Below, in pieces: positions 1 through 11,290 of a stretch of DNA of 64,000 nt (the stretch's first letter is position 1; every line of letters begins with the position of its first letter). Below the pieces are notes generated by a model. That model was not told where the DNA came from. It saw only the letters and a list, made by a program, of their open reading frames with translations, and did no database searches. This stretch comes from Marsupella aquatica (lineage: Eukaryota; Plantae; Marchantiophyta). The stretch spans positions 8,371,875 to 8,435,874 of the forward strand of contig OZ316891.1 of NCBI GenBank assembly GCA_973895155.1, in the 5' to 3' direction. A program made the translations under genes and the position numbers.

Positions 1-239
1 ATTCCGTGTCTCTCAACCAAAGCAAAGCTGATGGCCGCTTCCATAGCCAAAATGTGTGTCTAGGAAAAAGAAATGCAATAAATGCTCCATTTTTTGAGAC
101 CACCTCAAAACCTTAAGATTTTGAACATTCGGTGTCTCTCAACTAAAGCAAAGATGATGGCCACTTCCATAGCCAAAATGTGTGTCTAGGAGTATGAAAT
201 AAATGCTCCGTTCTTTAGACCACCTCAAAACCTTAAGTT
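1..239. repeat. Tandem repeat, ~126-bp unit, 2 copies (may continue left of the window)
   Basis: attccgtgtctctcaaccaaagcaaag...accacctcaaaaccttaag at 1 recurs with few changes from 127. Confidence 0.9.
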
Positions 240-656
240 AAAAAAAAAAAAGTGCACACAGAGCAAAAAAAAAGTACCCACAAAGGGCCACAAATGACCA
301 GGTTTGGGTAATGGTTTTGTTTGATTGCGCATGTAAAGTGAAGTCTGGTCTGTTCCTACATTTGAGTGACTAAGATTGCATCTCACATGTGGAAAACTAA
401 GAACTGCTACCACCAAGTTCTTGTAACCCTGAATAGTGGCAGACACCCAAACCAGCTATCCAAAGATTAAAGTCTCCATGTTGCATCAGTAACCTTGAGG
501 GCTGCCAACGCAGACTGGAAGACCCCGCATCCCTTTCACTCTGCTTTTTGACTAGAGGGTCACCCTGAAGCAACGAGCGCCTGAGATTGTCTTCACAGTT
601 TCTGGAGATCACAGTGAAACCCTTGACACAGTCCTTTGTTTGAAGGCCTAATGGTA

Positions 657-1192
657 TCCACACCTTATTAGCCGTTGCAATTTAAGAGGGACAAAAAGTA
701 GTTTCACCATGGAACACACACCTTATTAGCCCTTAGAATTTCAGGAGGGACACAAAGTAGTTTCACCATGAAATAAGCACCTTAGCCAGTTGCACACTTC
801 AGGAGGGACAAAAAGGAGTTTCACTGTGAAATACACACCTTAGCCTGTTGCACTTCAGGAGGGACAAAAAGGAGTTTCACCATGGAATACACCAGCATAT
901 TTCAGCCACTCTAGGGATGAGATTCTAGGAATATTCCTTATCATTTTTCCTGGACTACATCCTGACCGTCAGATATCCCTAGATTGACTGATGACGGTTA
1001 GATTCTGGCGAATGTGGTCCATGATTTGGTAGGAAAGTGGCAAAAATGACATGCAAAGAATCTAGCAAAATTTAAGCCAAAAGTGACTAACACTTTTGGG
1101 GGAGGTGGAATTTGGCAAAATTCACACCTAAAAAATAAGCTGGAATACACACCTTAGCCACTTGCAAACTTCAGGAGGGACAAACTGAGTTT
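657..1192. repeat. ~59-bp minisatellite, 5 diverged copies, the last displaced by a MITE
   Basis: Unit cacaccttagcc..ttgcacttcaggagggacaaaaaggagtttcaccatggaata occurs 4 times at 657-892 and once more at 1143-1192. Confidence 0.85.
893..1142. mobile_element. 250-bp non-autonomous hAT-type MITE
   Basis: Perfect 8-bp direct repeat GAATACAC at 885-892 and 1143-1150. Ends are CAGCATATTT and AAATAAGCTG (reverse complement CAGCTTATTT, 9/10 match). An 8-bp TSD with CAG-starting TIRs fits hAT elements. Confidence 0.8.
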
Positions 1193-1895
1193 CTCTGTCT
1201 ATTTCATGTCTGAGTAGCTTCTCGGAGGCTCAAAAGGTATCTCGCCCCTCACTCGCTATTTAACTGGCCAACTCACCTCCGATTCTATCATTTATAGTTA
1301 GCTCTAATTGAGGAAACAATTATAGCCTGTGTTTTCAAAGATTTTTCCTGCTATTTTCCTCCCCTGTTGTATGTAGTTATTAATTAACATTTGCCTAGTA
1401 AATTGGTCTTCCTCTTTCCCTGGAAGATGCATAGTGTCTGAGGGATTCTCTCAACACGGATATGGCAAAGGAAAAGATTTCAGCGAGTCAACTGATTTAG
1501 TTTCCTAAGGGATTGGCTGAGCCTTCTGCCCAGGCAAGAACCAAGCCTATTACACATATGGTCTTTCCTGCGGGAGCCTCCAAATGTGTGAGGGCTACTC
1601 CACCCATAGCTACAAAGAAAATCCTGAAAGATAGAAGGAAACAAGCCCTCTCCCCTCTTTTCCTTCCCTTCATTGGGTTGCTTCGGTTCCAGCTTTTTGC
1701 CCAAACAAGATCTACTTTATCAAAATAAACCTAAATGGAACTTTGTGGTCCATCAATCAGCAAGAGGGCCCCCTTAAATCCTTCCAAGGCAACTATGGTT
1801 TTACTCCTTTCCTCCCCCTGATTGGGTCTTTGGCTTGTGGGATGGTGTCTCTAGGCTGGGAGCCTTTTGTTTTCTGGCAGATTCAAATATATCTG

Positions 1896-2998
1896 TTCAA
1901 GTCTACTCAGCATTCTTCACTCTGAGCTGCATTCGTACAGTTTAGCAGAATACATTTTGCAAAATATCTTCGTTTGACATTTCATTCAATAAAAAGATTC
2001 AGTTCTGTTTCTACACCGTTCTTCTAGTCTAGTCAGCATTCTTCTCTTTTGCGATGCATTCGTGCAGTTTAGCAAAATGTCTTCGTTTGACATTTAATTC
2101 AATGGAAAGCTTCAGTTCGGTTTTCCAGTCATCTCTTCAAGTCATGTCAGCATTCTTCTCTGTTGAGCTGCATTCGTGCAGTTTAGCAGAACACATTTCG
2201 CAAAAATGTCTTCGTTTGACATTTAATTCAATGGAAAGCTTTAGTTCTGTTTCTACACCTTTCGTCAAGTCTACTCAGCATTCTTCTGTTTTGAGCTGCA
2301 TTCGTGCAGTTTAGCAGAACACATTTCGCAAAAATGTCTTCGTTTGACATTTAATTCAATGGAAAGCTTTAGTTCTGTTTCTACACCTTTCGTCAAGTCT
2401 ACTCAGCATTCTTCTGTTTTGAGCTGCATCCGTGCAGTTTAGCAGAACACATTTCGCAAAAATGTCTTCGTTTGACATTTAATTCAATGGAAAGCTTTTA
2501 GTTCTGTTTCTACACCTTTCGTCAAGTCTACTCAGCATTCTTCTGTTTTGAGCTGCATTCGTGCAGTTTAGCAGAACACATTTCGCAAAAATGTCTTCGT
2601 TTGACATTTAATTCAATGGAAAGCTTTTAGTTCTGTTTCTACACCTTTCGTCAAGTCTACTCAGCATTCCTCTATTTTGAGCTGCATTCGTGCAGTTTAG
2701 CCGAACACATTTCGCAAAAATGTCTTCGTTTGACATTTAATTCAATGGAAAGCTTTAGTTCTGTTTCTACACCTTTCGTCAAGTCTACTCAGCATTCCTC
2801 TATTTTGAGCTGCATTCGCACAGTTTAGCAAAACACATTTCGCAAAATGTCTTCGTTTGACATTTAATTCAATGGAAAGCTTGAGTTCGGTTTCTACTCC
2901 TCTCTTCAAGTCTACTCAGCATACTTCTATTTTGAGCTGCATCCGTACACTTCAGCAGCACATTTTGCAAATGGTCTTCGTTGACATTTGATTCAACG
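1896..2998. repeat. ~128-bp tandem repeat, 9 copies
   Basis: The anchor caagtctactcagcattc or a variant starts at 1898, 2024, 2138, 2266, 2394, 2523, 2652, 2780 and 2907. Central copies are near-identical; outer copies are diverged. Confidence 0.97.
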
Positions 2999-4647
2999 GG
3001 ACAGCTTGCAGGGAGGAGAGTCGATGAATGCTGAAAGTCAGATTTCGGTCGTGCACCGTAGTGCATCGGTCCAGAAGAAGCAGACGAAATTATGGGTAGG
3101 CCCAGTCCCCAACTCGGGCAGCACTCCAAGGCGGTAATAAGGCAACATCTGGACTGCGCAATGTGTGAAAGTCGGCGGCTCGCGTGATGGTTACATCAGG
3201 AGGGCCCACGAAGTATCTAAAGGCGCACTTTCCATCGCTGTGAACGGGAAGGTTTTCACACCCCACTGTGCCACAGAACGAACTGTACACGGTTGAAGAA
3301 GCTTTCAGTGAAGTAGTAGTGAAGATAGTTTGCAAAACCCAGCTGGATGCGATCCTTCATTCGGCGGGAACAAAATGTTTTTAATTTTCCAGCTGCTTCA
3401 TTTGACATTTTCCACCGCCCGACCTAGCAGCTACAGAACTGAGTCTTACGTGTGAGCCCACTAATTGGTCCTCGGCTCGTTCTTTGGTGCGGAAACCTAT
3501 CACGGGAGAAGAATTAAGTTGTGCAATGTCGCCGAGTCTCTAGTCTAACCCTGATTTTTAGTTTTCAGCCCACCGACTGGTGCGGAAAACTAGCCGTGCG
3601 AGTAATTGAGGTGTCCAACGTCGCCGAGTCTCCAGCCTAGCCGATGCATATTTTGAAAGTGTACAGTGCCCAGAATTGTGTGGAATGTTACCGTACCCAA
3701 AATTTTCCATTTTCTAGAGTTTGCATTTGAAATTCGCGCTGCGGTTGTGCGGGGATGCAGGCATCGAGTTACTACCACTCACCTACTTAATTGCTGTTGG
3801 CTCTTGATGTAGTGTAGGTCATCTGTCTTCGCAGCCATGGGATTTAATTTTCCTTCCCGGGTTCCGTCCTTGCTCTGTTCAGGCTGAAGGAAATAGAAAA
3901 GGTATGTTCAATTGATTTTGGACGTCGATGTCACTCTTACTAGGCTCATAGGCACTGGCAGTGCTCTTTTCGTGCTCCCAGTTAGACTGGAAGACAAAGA
4001 GAAGGAGGTGATGATGGTGGGGCCGATGAAGTGTCCACAGTTCGGGTGTGAAGTTGTTGCATGAGGGATTGAGCTGGATTTTGCGGTTGCTGTGGGTGGT
4101 GAAAGATGGATATTGCCTTGAATGTCCATGAGGTGGCTAAAAGATATTCGGTGCCGAGTAGATCACAGCGCTATGTCACACCCGCTTTATGAGCTTGGGA
4201 GAATTCCATGCTGAGCACTGGTGTTTGGAAAGCTCGATGGAAGTCTTTATCTCGCTTTTTCAGTTTTGGCCAATTTATTCCTTGAGAGCGCTGTCGTCAT
4301 GACAATTTCAAATCTCGGGAATTACTCGAAAGCCAGGTTCATCACGCGTCCCGAGCTTGGGCGATTACTTGATGAGCACTGGTAGCTGAGATAATTCCTG
4401 AATTGCGGACATAGACTTTGCATCCCACTTCAATCTCCTGACCGGAACTGATTCAGATCGAATTCCGCTCCCAGCTTATTATACTCTCATCTCGTAAGCT
4501 CCCATTCAAGGCTGTGGAGGGTGTTGAGCCCAGACCCAGCGTGGCGAATTAAATCTAAGCTGTGCAGTCACAAACTATGTGAAGTGAGGAGAACGATTGT
4601 GCCACCGACGGTCAGGTGATGTCAACAACGAGTTGAAAACGAAGATC

Positions 4648-6177
4648 ATGGAAGCTGCGAGGTGGCCCAAGGGACTGCAAAATCTATCACCCAGCCGAGT
4701 GAGGGTCAAGGGAAATTTCCAGAAATACAACTCATCGAGCTCGCTGCCCAGTGTGCCCACGCGACCATGTGTGTACGTCTGGACGTACGCGTGCTTCTTT
4801 GCCGCCATAGTATTCATCTTGCTCGCCGGGGTTCGTCTGCAAGTTGTCGACGACTCGAAAGGTCTCCGCCGCGATAAAGGGAGGAATGATATTGAGCAAT
4901 TTTCAATTCTAGCGAATCCACGAAGTAAGAATTGTGAAGGCCGACGTGTGTACATTTACGACCTTCCACCCGAGTTCAACATACTAGCAGAGGACACGAC
5001 CAGATGCAACCACTCTCTCATTCCGTGGATGGATATCTGTCCTCGCTTTTGCAACCGAGGTTTTGGAGTGGATCTTAACAGCAGTGAGTCGAGGATTCTG
5101 CATCCTGATAGTGAATTTGACGTCTCCGACTGGTATGAGACCGATTTCTACATGCTCGATGTCATCTTCCATTCTCGCATGAAAAGCTATCCCTGCCTAA
5201 CCCAAGATGCGTCGAAAGCAGATGCCTACTATGTCCCGCACTATACAGGGATTCTTTCTCTGGACTACTTGTACAGTCATAACTCTTCAGGGCGCCCATA
5301 TGAGGAGAGGAAATTTTTCGGGAAGGATCTGATCGATTGGCTGGAGAGCAATGGAGGAGAGGCATGGAGACGGTACGCAGGGAAGGACCATTTCCTGGCC
5401 ATGGGAAGGACGACGTGGGATTTCAAATTACGGGAGAACTGGGCCACGGGATTCTCGGAGCTTTCTCATGTGGCGAATATGACCAGTCTCATGATTGAGA
5501 GCTTACCTGGAATGAGCGGGGAGTACGCAATCCCCTACCCAACTCCGTTTCACCCAGAGTCTCCTCAGAGGCTGCAGAGGTGGATCAAAACGGTGACAAA
5601 CGCGAAGAGGAGGTACCTGTTCTCTTATGCCGGCGCTCCCCGCTTAGAAGATCCTTCGAGTGTGAGGGGCATTATGACCTCCTCCTGTATGGCCGCAGGT
5701 AAGGATGTGTGCACTATGGTAGACTGCACTGTAACAAGCTGCAGCCATGATCCATTGCCCGCATACAAATTATTTTTGCAATCGTATTTTTGCTTGCAAC
5801 CGAGAGGTGACACTGCCACCCGGAGGTCTACGTTCGACTGCCTCATTTCTGGAGCAATCCCAGTTCTTTTTCACAAGAGCTCTGCATACGCTCAATACTC
5901 GTGGCACCTTCCGAGGGATCCGAAGAGTTATTCAGTCTTCATCGACGAGGAAGATTTGAAGAGAGGGGCATCGATTGAACATGTCTTGAGGTCTTATTCG
6001 CAGGAGACAATAGAAGTCATGCAGAAAACCATCGCCTCCATGATTCCGAATTTGCTGTATTTCGACTGTCGGAAGGACGGGTGCAGCTCGATGAATGAGA
6101 TGGATGCGTTTGACTTGACCATGAAGGGATTATTTGAGAAAATTGGATATAGTAAAAGTCAGTTCAATGACTCGTAG
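4648..6177 (+). CDS. GT47 (exostosin) xyloglucan galactosyltransferase-like, MUR3/XLT2/XUT1 clade, intronless, 509 aa
   Basis: First in-frame ATG at 4648 (the ORF track starts at a TTG). One N-terminal TM segment. Motifs: YIYDLPPEFN, WYETDFYMLDVIFHSRM, GKDHFLAMGRTTWDF, IPYPTPFHP, FCLQPRGDTATRRSTFDCLISGAIPV, SAYAQYSWHLP. Confidence 0.95.
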   Translation: MEAARWPKGLQNLSPSRVRVKGNFQKYNSSSSLPSVPTRPCVYVWTYACFFAAIVFILLAGVRLQVVDDSKGLRRDKGRNDIEQFSILANPRSKNCEGRRVYIYDLPPEFNILAEDTTRCNHSLIPWMDICPRFCNRGFGVDLNSSESRILHPDSEFDVSDWYETDFYMLDVIFHSRMKSYPCLTQDASKADAYYVPHYTGILSLDYLYSHNSSGRPYEERKFFGKDLIDWLESNGGEAWRRYAGKDHFLAMGRTTWDFKLRENWATGFSELSHVANMTSLMIESLPGMSGEYAIPYPTPFHPESPQRLQRWIKTVTNAKRRYLFSYAGAPRLEDPSSVRGIMTSSCMAAGKDVCTMVDCTVTSCSHDPLPAYKLFLQSYFCLQPRGDTATRRSTFDCLISGAIPVLFHKSSAYAQYSWHLPRDPKSYSVFIDEEDLKRGASIEHVLRSYSQETIEVMQKTIASMIPNLLYFDCRKDGCSSMNEMDAFDLTMKGLFEKIGYSKSQFNDS

Positions 6178-7963
6178 GAGACTCAGTGGACGTATTCATT
6201 CAACAGTTCAAATTGAATTGAGTCGTAAGTTTACTGCAATGTTGAAGGACAGTCATAGAGTTCTCTAGTCGCAGTTCAGTTAGTCAATGTCCTGCACTCT
6301 TTTGTAGCGCAGAAGTAGAACTTTAGACACCAGGCGGTGAACGTAATTACAATCATAGGTCTGTTGCATTCACTGAGTTTCGCCTCATGCGATTCTTAAA
6401 TTAATTTTCTCGAAGTACGAGCCTGACCGGTGCTCAAATCCGTCACAATTGACGGTGGTCTAAACATTCGGATAATATTTGGACGAACTGAGGCCAATGG
6501 CAGCATATGCCTGCTCAGACGCCGATTCGATTTCGCTGCTGGGAACTAGGAGAATTGAAACATTAGAAGGTATGGGCAGTATACTGTTCTTACTACTCAT
6601 TGCTAGGGATGTGGCTCACAAAGAAATGACGACTGTGTCTCCGGACCACTGATGGATAGTTATCACTATATGTTTTGAATCCCAATGCTGATGAAGTCAT
6701 CAAGATTGGGAGACAGGAATATAGCCAAATTCAGATATTCTATGTGGTCCTTTCTCTGCTCAGCGAGGAACATCTGGAAGTAATAAAGATTGCTTCAAAA
6801 GCAGAATGTCAGAAAGCAATGGAGCTGAGACTAGAAAAGTTCCAACGGAACCAATTTACTGCGCGAAAATAGAAGTGAAATTACTCTCGTCAGAAAGCAA
6901 ATCTCACAACTTGCACACGAAGCTCTTGCTTCTAAACGCAAAAGCTGTTTTTATGCACAATCCATCCAACTGATTCTCTTGGTCTTATATCTAATTGATT
7001 CTCCCCTGAGTCCATTCTCAGACATTCATTATGCTTTGTAGACTAGGGTATTGGTGTTAGGTTTCTAGACAAATTCCTCTCAAGACCTTTCTATAGGGTT
7101 ACTGCCGCACTCTACCAGGCTTTTCAATTTATTACTAATATAACTTTCATTCTTTTTGTGTTTGTAGGGGACTCTTGGGCTTTTTGGTCTTCTTGGGTTT
7201 TTATCTTTCTTTTCCATTCTTTATTTTGGGTCTTTGGCCATTGGTAAACTCCTGTATCCCCCCTAGACACTTTTTGTTTTATTGGGTCTTTGGCCTTTGG
7301 TAAACTCCTGTAACCCCCCTAGACACTTTTTATTGTTTGGCAGCATGATAATAAAGTCCTGCTAGTAGCTGGTCATCTTGACAAATAGAGTCAACTAAGT
7401 AAGAAGCTACAATATATTGGAGAGGCTATGGTAGCAGCTCAGTGAAAGTGGCAGAAAGTTACTAACTGTGTATGTCAACCTTCAAACTCCTTTGGTAGCT
7501 TTGCGAGAAAAAGGACCAGGTTACTAAACAGAGCCAAACAAAGTGCAATGAAGTAGAAGCAAAAGAAGTGAAGAAGACAAACACTAAACTCAAAAGGAGA
7601 CAAATGCAACCCCATAACCTAGAAAGATAGCATATTAATATGCATGTTTTTAAAATTATTTTTTAGAAAGATAACATATTATAGATAAAGGTTACTATTG
7701 CAATAGTGTGATGAGCTAATGGTACACATGAAATAGAGTGATGAGCTAATAGTCCACATCTAGTGCCCTAAATGCATAGCCATGCATATTGCTTGTGCTT
7801 AGTTTCCCTTTGCACCACCCCCCCTAGAAAGATGAGCTGACGGTCCACATCTAGTGCCCTAAATGTTGGTCATCCTGCTTTTGCTTGGTTCTTGGTTTCC
7901 CTTGGCACCCCCCCCCCCCCCCCAACAAAAAAAGAAAAAGGCAAGGGTGCATTTTTTCCTCTT

Positions 7964-7967
<4 letters not shown>

Positions 7968-8009
<42 letters not shown>
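7968..8009. repeat. (CT)n microsatellite
   Basis: Uninterrupted TC/CT run. Confidence 0.95.
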
Positions 8010-8013
<4 letters not shown>

Positions 8014-8185
8014 GAGGAAGGTGGAGGCGCCCGAGGGATTGCGAGGTTTTTTTTAGGCGGATCTAATGGTGCAGGCAAAGCAGCTCTCATCCAACCAAGA
8101 ATGGATTCAGTAAACAGACCATGGGGCAGCAAGCATATGACAGTGTTTACATATCAACTTCCTTAGAACTTTGACATTAGCCCGT

Positions 8186-8323
8186 GCAGGCATGGCTGAG
8201 TGGTAGCTCACTTGAATAGTGATTCATAGGTATTGGGTTTTCATAAGTTGGGTTCAAATGTTGTGACGTGATTGTAGGGTTTCACAAAATATTAAAAAAA
8301 TCAAACGAAAAAAAGAAAAAAAG
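8186..8323 (+). mobile_element. Short tRNA-derived SINE-like element (family B)
   Basis: A-box-like TGGCTGAGTGG (8193), B-box-like GGTTCAAAT (8251) and an A-rich tail at ~8290-8323. Homologous to 25591-25685. Confidence 0.5.
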
Positions 8324-8930
8324 AATCTTGACATTTCACATATGATATGAACGAATCCTCTCCCCTGAGGCTATTCACAGGGTGGGACATAGTGAATCCA
8401 TTTGCAACATTAGACAGGTGGCCGTTCATTGAGCTCGTGGCTCTAGAATAGGCTTAGACAAAATCGTGGAGATTCGAAGGATTGAAAGCTAGGCCAGAGC
8501 TCACTGGCAAAAACCCAAACGATGCAAGGAAATCAATCCGACCAGGCCCAGTGGCACTGGGGTAACACTTGCGTGCTGTACATGCCTGTGGAAGCCAACG
8601 CATATCTACAATTCGGAACGTGTCAAGGGGGAATCACTTAAGCTTTCGAACCATTCCTATACCATAGTGTGTTGACAGAGGGTACTTTGTAGCATCATCC
8701 TCTGGGAATGGAATGCGGACGTCATGAATGATTTACAATTAAGCTAGCGACTCGCGTAGCCCAATCACTGAATCTGCGAAGTGTTTATCCATTGAGCAAA
8801 TTGGGGTGACTGAGCTAAATTTGTTCTTGTTTCATTCTGGGCAATTCCATAATGGGAAGAGGGTAAGGACAGACGTTGCGGGTACCGTGGATGAAGCTAC
8901 GTCGGTCCCAACGAAATGTCTTCATTGGAC

Positions 8931-10493
8931 TCAAAACGTTTGCTGTTGTTGATTTACCTTGGCCGCTGCGATCTTCTCCAGGACCCTCTCAATACTGATC
9001 TCATAGGCATCCTTCCCATGTCTGGGAGTGCTCCACGGCTCGTTCTCATAATCATTATAAAGGAGTTTGGGAATGATGGCCACGATGTTTCGCCTCATGT
9101 CTTCGATTTGGTCCTGTGAGTAAGACATCAAGACCTCTTGAATCGAAACTCCCTCTTTCAGGTCCTTTTCATCGATGAGGACCGAGTAACTTTTGCGGTC
9201 CTCAGGCAGATGCCAGGAGTACTGAGTGTATGCGCTATCTACGTGGAAGAACACAGGAATGGATCCAGAGATGAGGCAGTCAAATGCGGACCTCCTCGTA
9301 GCACTGTCACCTCTTGGCTGTAAGCAGAAGGTCGATTTGAGAAACGATTTGTGGATGAGTACTGGGTCGTGGCTGCATTTCACCACCGAGCAATCTACCA
9401 AGTGGCACACCGATGCCCCAGCTTCTATGCAGGAAGAGCTGATGATGCCCCTCACACTCCAAGTATCCGAACGGGGAGCTCCGACATACGTGAAGAGAAA
9501 CGGCCGTTTCGCTCTCTTCACCCGTTCAATATAGCGTTGTATCATCTCTGGAGAATCTGGATGGAAGGCGGTAGGATAGGGAATCGCTTGCTCGTTCGGC
9601 TCTGTCCATTGCCTCTCCAACATCAAGGTTGTCATGTTCCTAACGTGAGGCAGTCCCGAGAACCCTGTGCCCCAATACGGGGTTGGCCTGAAATCCCATG
9701 TGGTTCTCCCCATGATCAGGAAGTGGTCTCTTCCGCCATACCGTTTCCACGCCTCGCCTCCGTTGCTTTCGAGCCAGTCAATTAGATCCATGCCGAACAG
9801 TTTTCTCGTCTCGTATGTTGACGTGAGGTTTTCCATTTCGTACAGGGGATCCAATGCTATTAGCCCCGTGTAGTATGGGACGAAGAATGCGTCTGCTTGG
9901 GACGAATTTTTGGTGAGGCAGCGATATTCCTGCATCCGAGTGTGGAAGATCATCTCCAACATGTAAAAATCCGTGTCAAACCACTGAGAGTAATCGAAAC
10001 CATCGTCATCAGAATGCGGCTTTGCTTTGTCCCAAAGCTTCACTCCGTAGCCTTTATGGCCAAAACGCGGGCAAAGATCCATCCACCACATCAGAGACCC
10101 ATTGCACCTGCTTGCGCTATTTACTGCCACGTTTAGCTCTGGAGGAAGATCATACATGTAGATTCGTCTTCCTGTACAATTAACAACGGGATTGCCTCCT
10201 CGAAAGTACATGGAGATATTCTTATAGCCTAAAGGGTCTTGAAGATAACCAGGCCAGACGAAGACAAAGATGATTGTGATAGCAAAGAAGCATGTCCAGA
10301 AAACGTACTGACATTGTGGTGTTCTAATTATTTCTCTTCCTCCCTTCTTCGGTGTGTCCTCTGGATTCCGTCTCATCTTGTCCTGCCATTGACCTAAACG
10401 GCTGCTGGTTCTTCTTACGACAATTTTTGACCCAATAGGTAATCCCACGTCCATAGCAACGTGCTTAAGTCCATGCGGATCCGGCATAGTCAT
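8931..10493 (-). CDS. GT47 xyloglucan galactosyltransferase-like, intronless, 520 aa; close paralog of 4648-6177
   Basis: TM segment, YMYDLPPELN, WFDTDFYMLEMIFHTRM, GGRDHFLIMGRTTWDF, IPYPTAFHP, FCLQPRGDSATRRSAFDCLISGSIPV. Shares DLIDWLESNGGEAW with the first GT47. Confidence 0.96.
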   Translation of the reverse strand: MTMPDPHGLKHVAMDVGLPIGSKIVVRRTSSRLGQWQDKMRRNPEDTPKKGGREIIRTPQCQYVFWTCFFAITIIFVFVWPGYLQDPLGYKNISMYFRGGNPVVNCTGRRIYMYDLPPELNVAVNSASRCNGSLMWWMDLCPRFGHKGYGVKLWDKAKPHSDDDGFDYSQWFDTDFYMLEMIFHTRMQEYRCLTKNSSQADAFFVPYYTGLIALDPLYEMENLTSTYETRKLFGMDLIDWLESNGGEAWKRYGGRDHFLIMGRTTWDFRPTPYWGTGFSGLPHVRNMTTLMLERQWTEPNEQAIPYPTAFHPDSPEMIQRYIERVKRAKRPFLFTYVGAPRSDTWSVRGIISSSCIEAGASVCHLVDCSVVKCSHDPVLIHKSFLKSTFCLQPRGDSATRRSAFDCLISGSIPVFFHVDSAYTQYSWHLPEDRKSYSVLIDEKDLKEGVSIQEVLMSYSQDQIEDMRRNIVAIIPKLLYNDYENEPWSTPRHGKDAYEISIERVLEKIAAAKVNQQQQTF

Positions 10494-10699
10494 AGAAGCT
10501 AGCCTACTGCTAAGTTATCTTCAAAGCGCTGGAATCTATTAAGCCTGGAACAATCCAAGTTTACAGCAATCTATCCGTGTTAGTTCTAGCTCGAGACAAG
10601 GAAGTGGTAGCCAACAATTCCACCAGGCACGCAATTAATATATTTCATATGTTTTGAGTGTTCAGTAAGACTCTTACTGCTGCAGGTATGGCGGTGAAG

Positions 10700-11290
10700 G
10701 TACTTAGTACATTCACTTTTGATTCAGATCTCGGCGCTTCTGTGAAGCCCATGGTGGACCGATCGATCAACAATGCTCCCAATGTTCTTATCGCCATCTT
10801 CGACGATTCTGTGTTCCGGCCAACTACTGCACCTGCATTGAGAAAGCTGTCAGCAAGCCGTGAGCAGACTGAGATCTTTCATGGATGGAGAGTAATCGCG
10901 CATCACCGTGTGCAGACCAAAGCTCAGAAGAAATGAATCATGAAGTCCATCAGCCACGTACAAGTTTTGAGAGAATTTCCAGATCAAGTTGCATTGTTCG
11001 TCATGATCACTCGCGGCATCTTTAGATATCGACTGCGCGCACACGTACATCATGAGGGCCAATTCTTCAAACACTGCAAGAACCCATCTGACTGGAAGTA
11101 GTTCCCATGATGATTCGATCACCAAGTGATTCAGCTTCATCATGGGTCATGTTCCTGGGTCAATGGCCATGACTTGAAAAGTAGTACTCGACAGCTCAAT
11201 CAAGTTCTGCTCAGACACTCGTTTGGAAATTTTCAAAATGATCGCATTTGGAAATCTGAAAAATTACTGCATTTTTTGCATCAGTGTCCT
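10700..11290 (-). pseudogene. Probable F-box(-LRR) pseudogene
   Basis: Frameshifted reading FSD/FPNAIILKISKRVSEQNLIELSSTTFQVMAIDPGT*PMMKL resembles the F-box consensus (LP..IL.KIF..L...L...A.DP.LW), with TGA at the Trp position. LRR-like DSFLLSFGLH..MKDLSL follows; several stops. Confidence 0.4.

Noticed and set aside
1896-2998. CRISPR-like array
   Set aside because: Units are contiguous with no unique spacers, there are no cas genes, and the context is eukaryotic.
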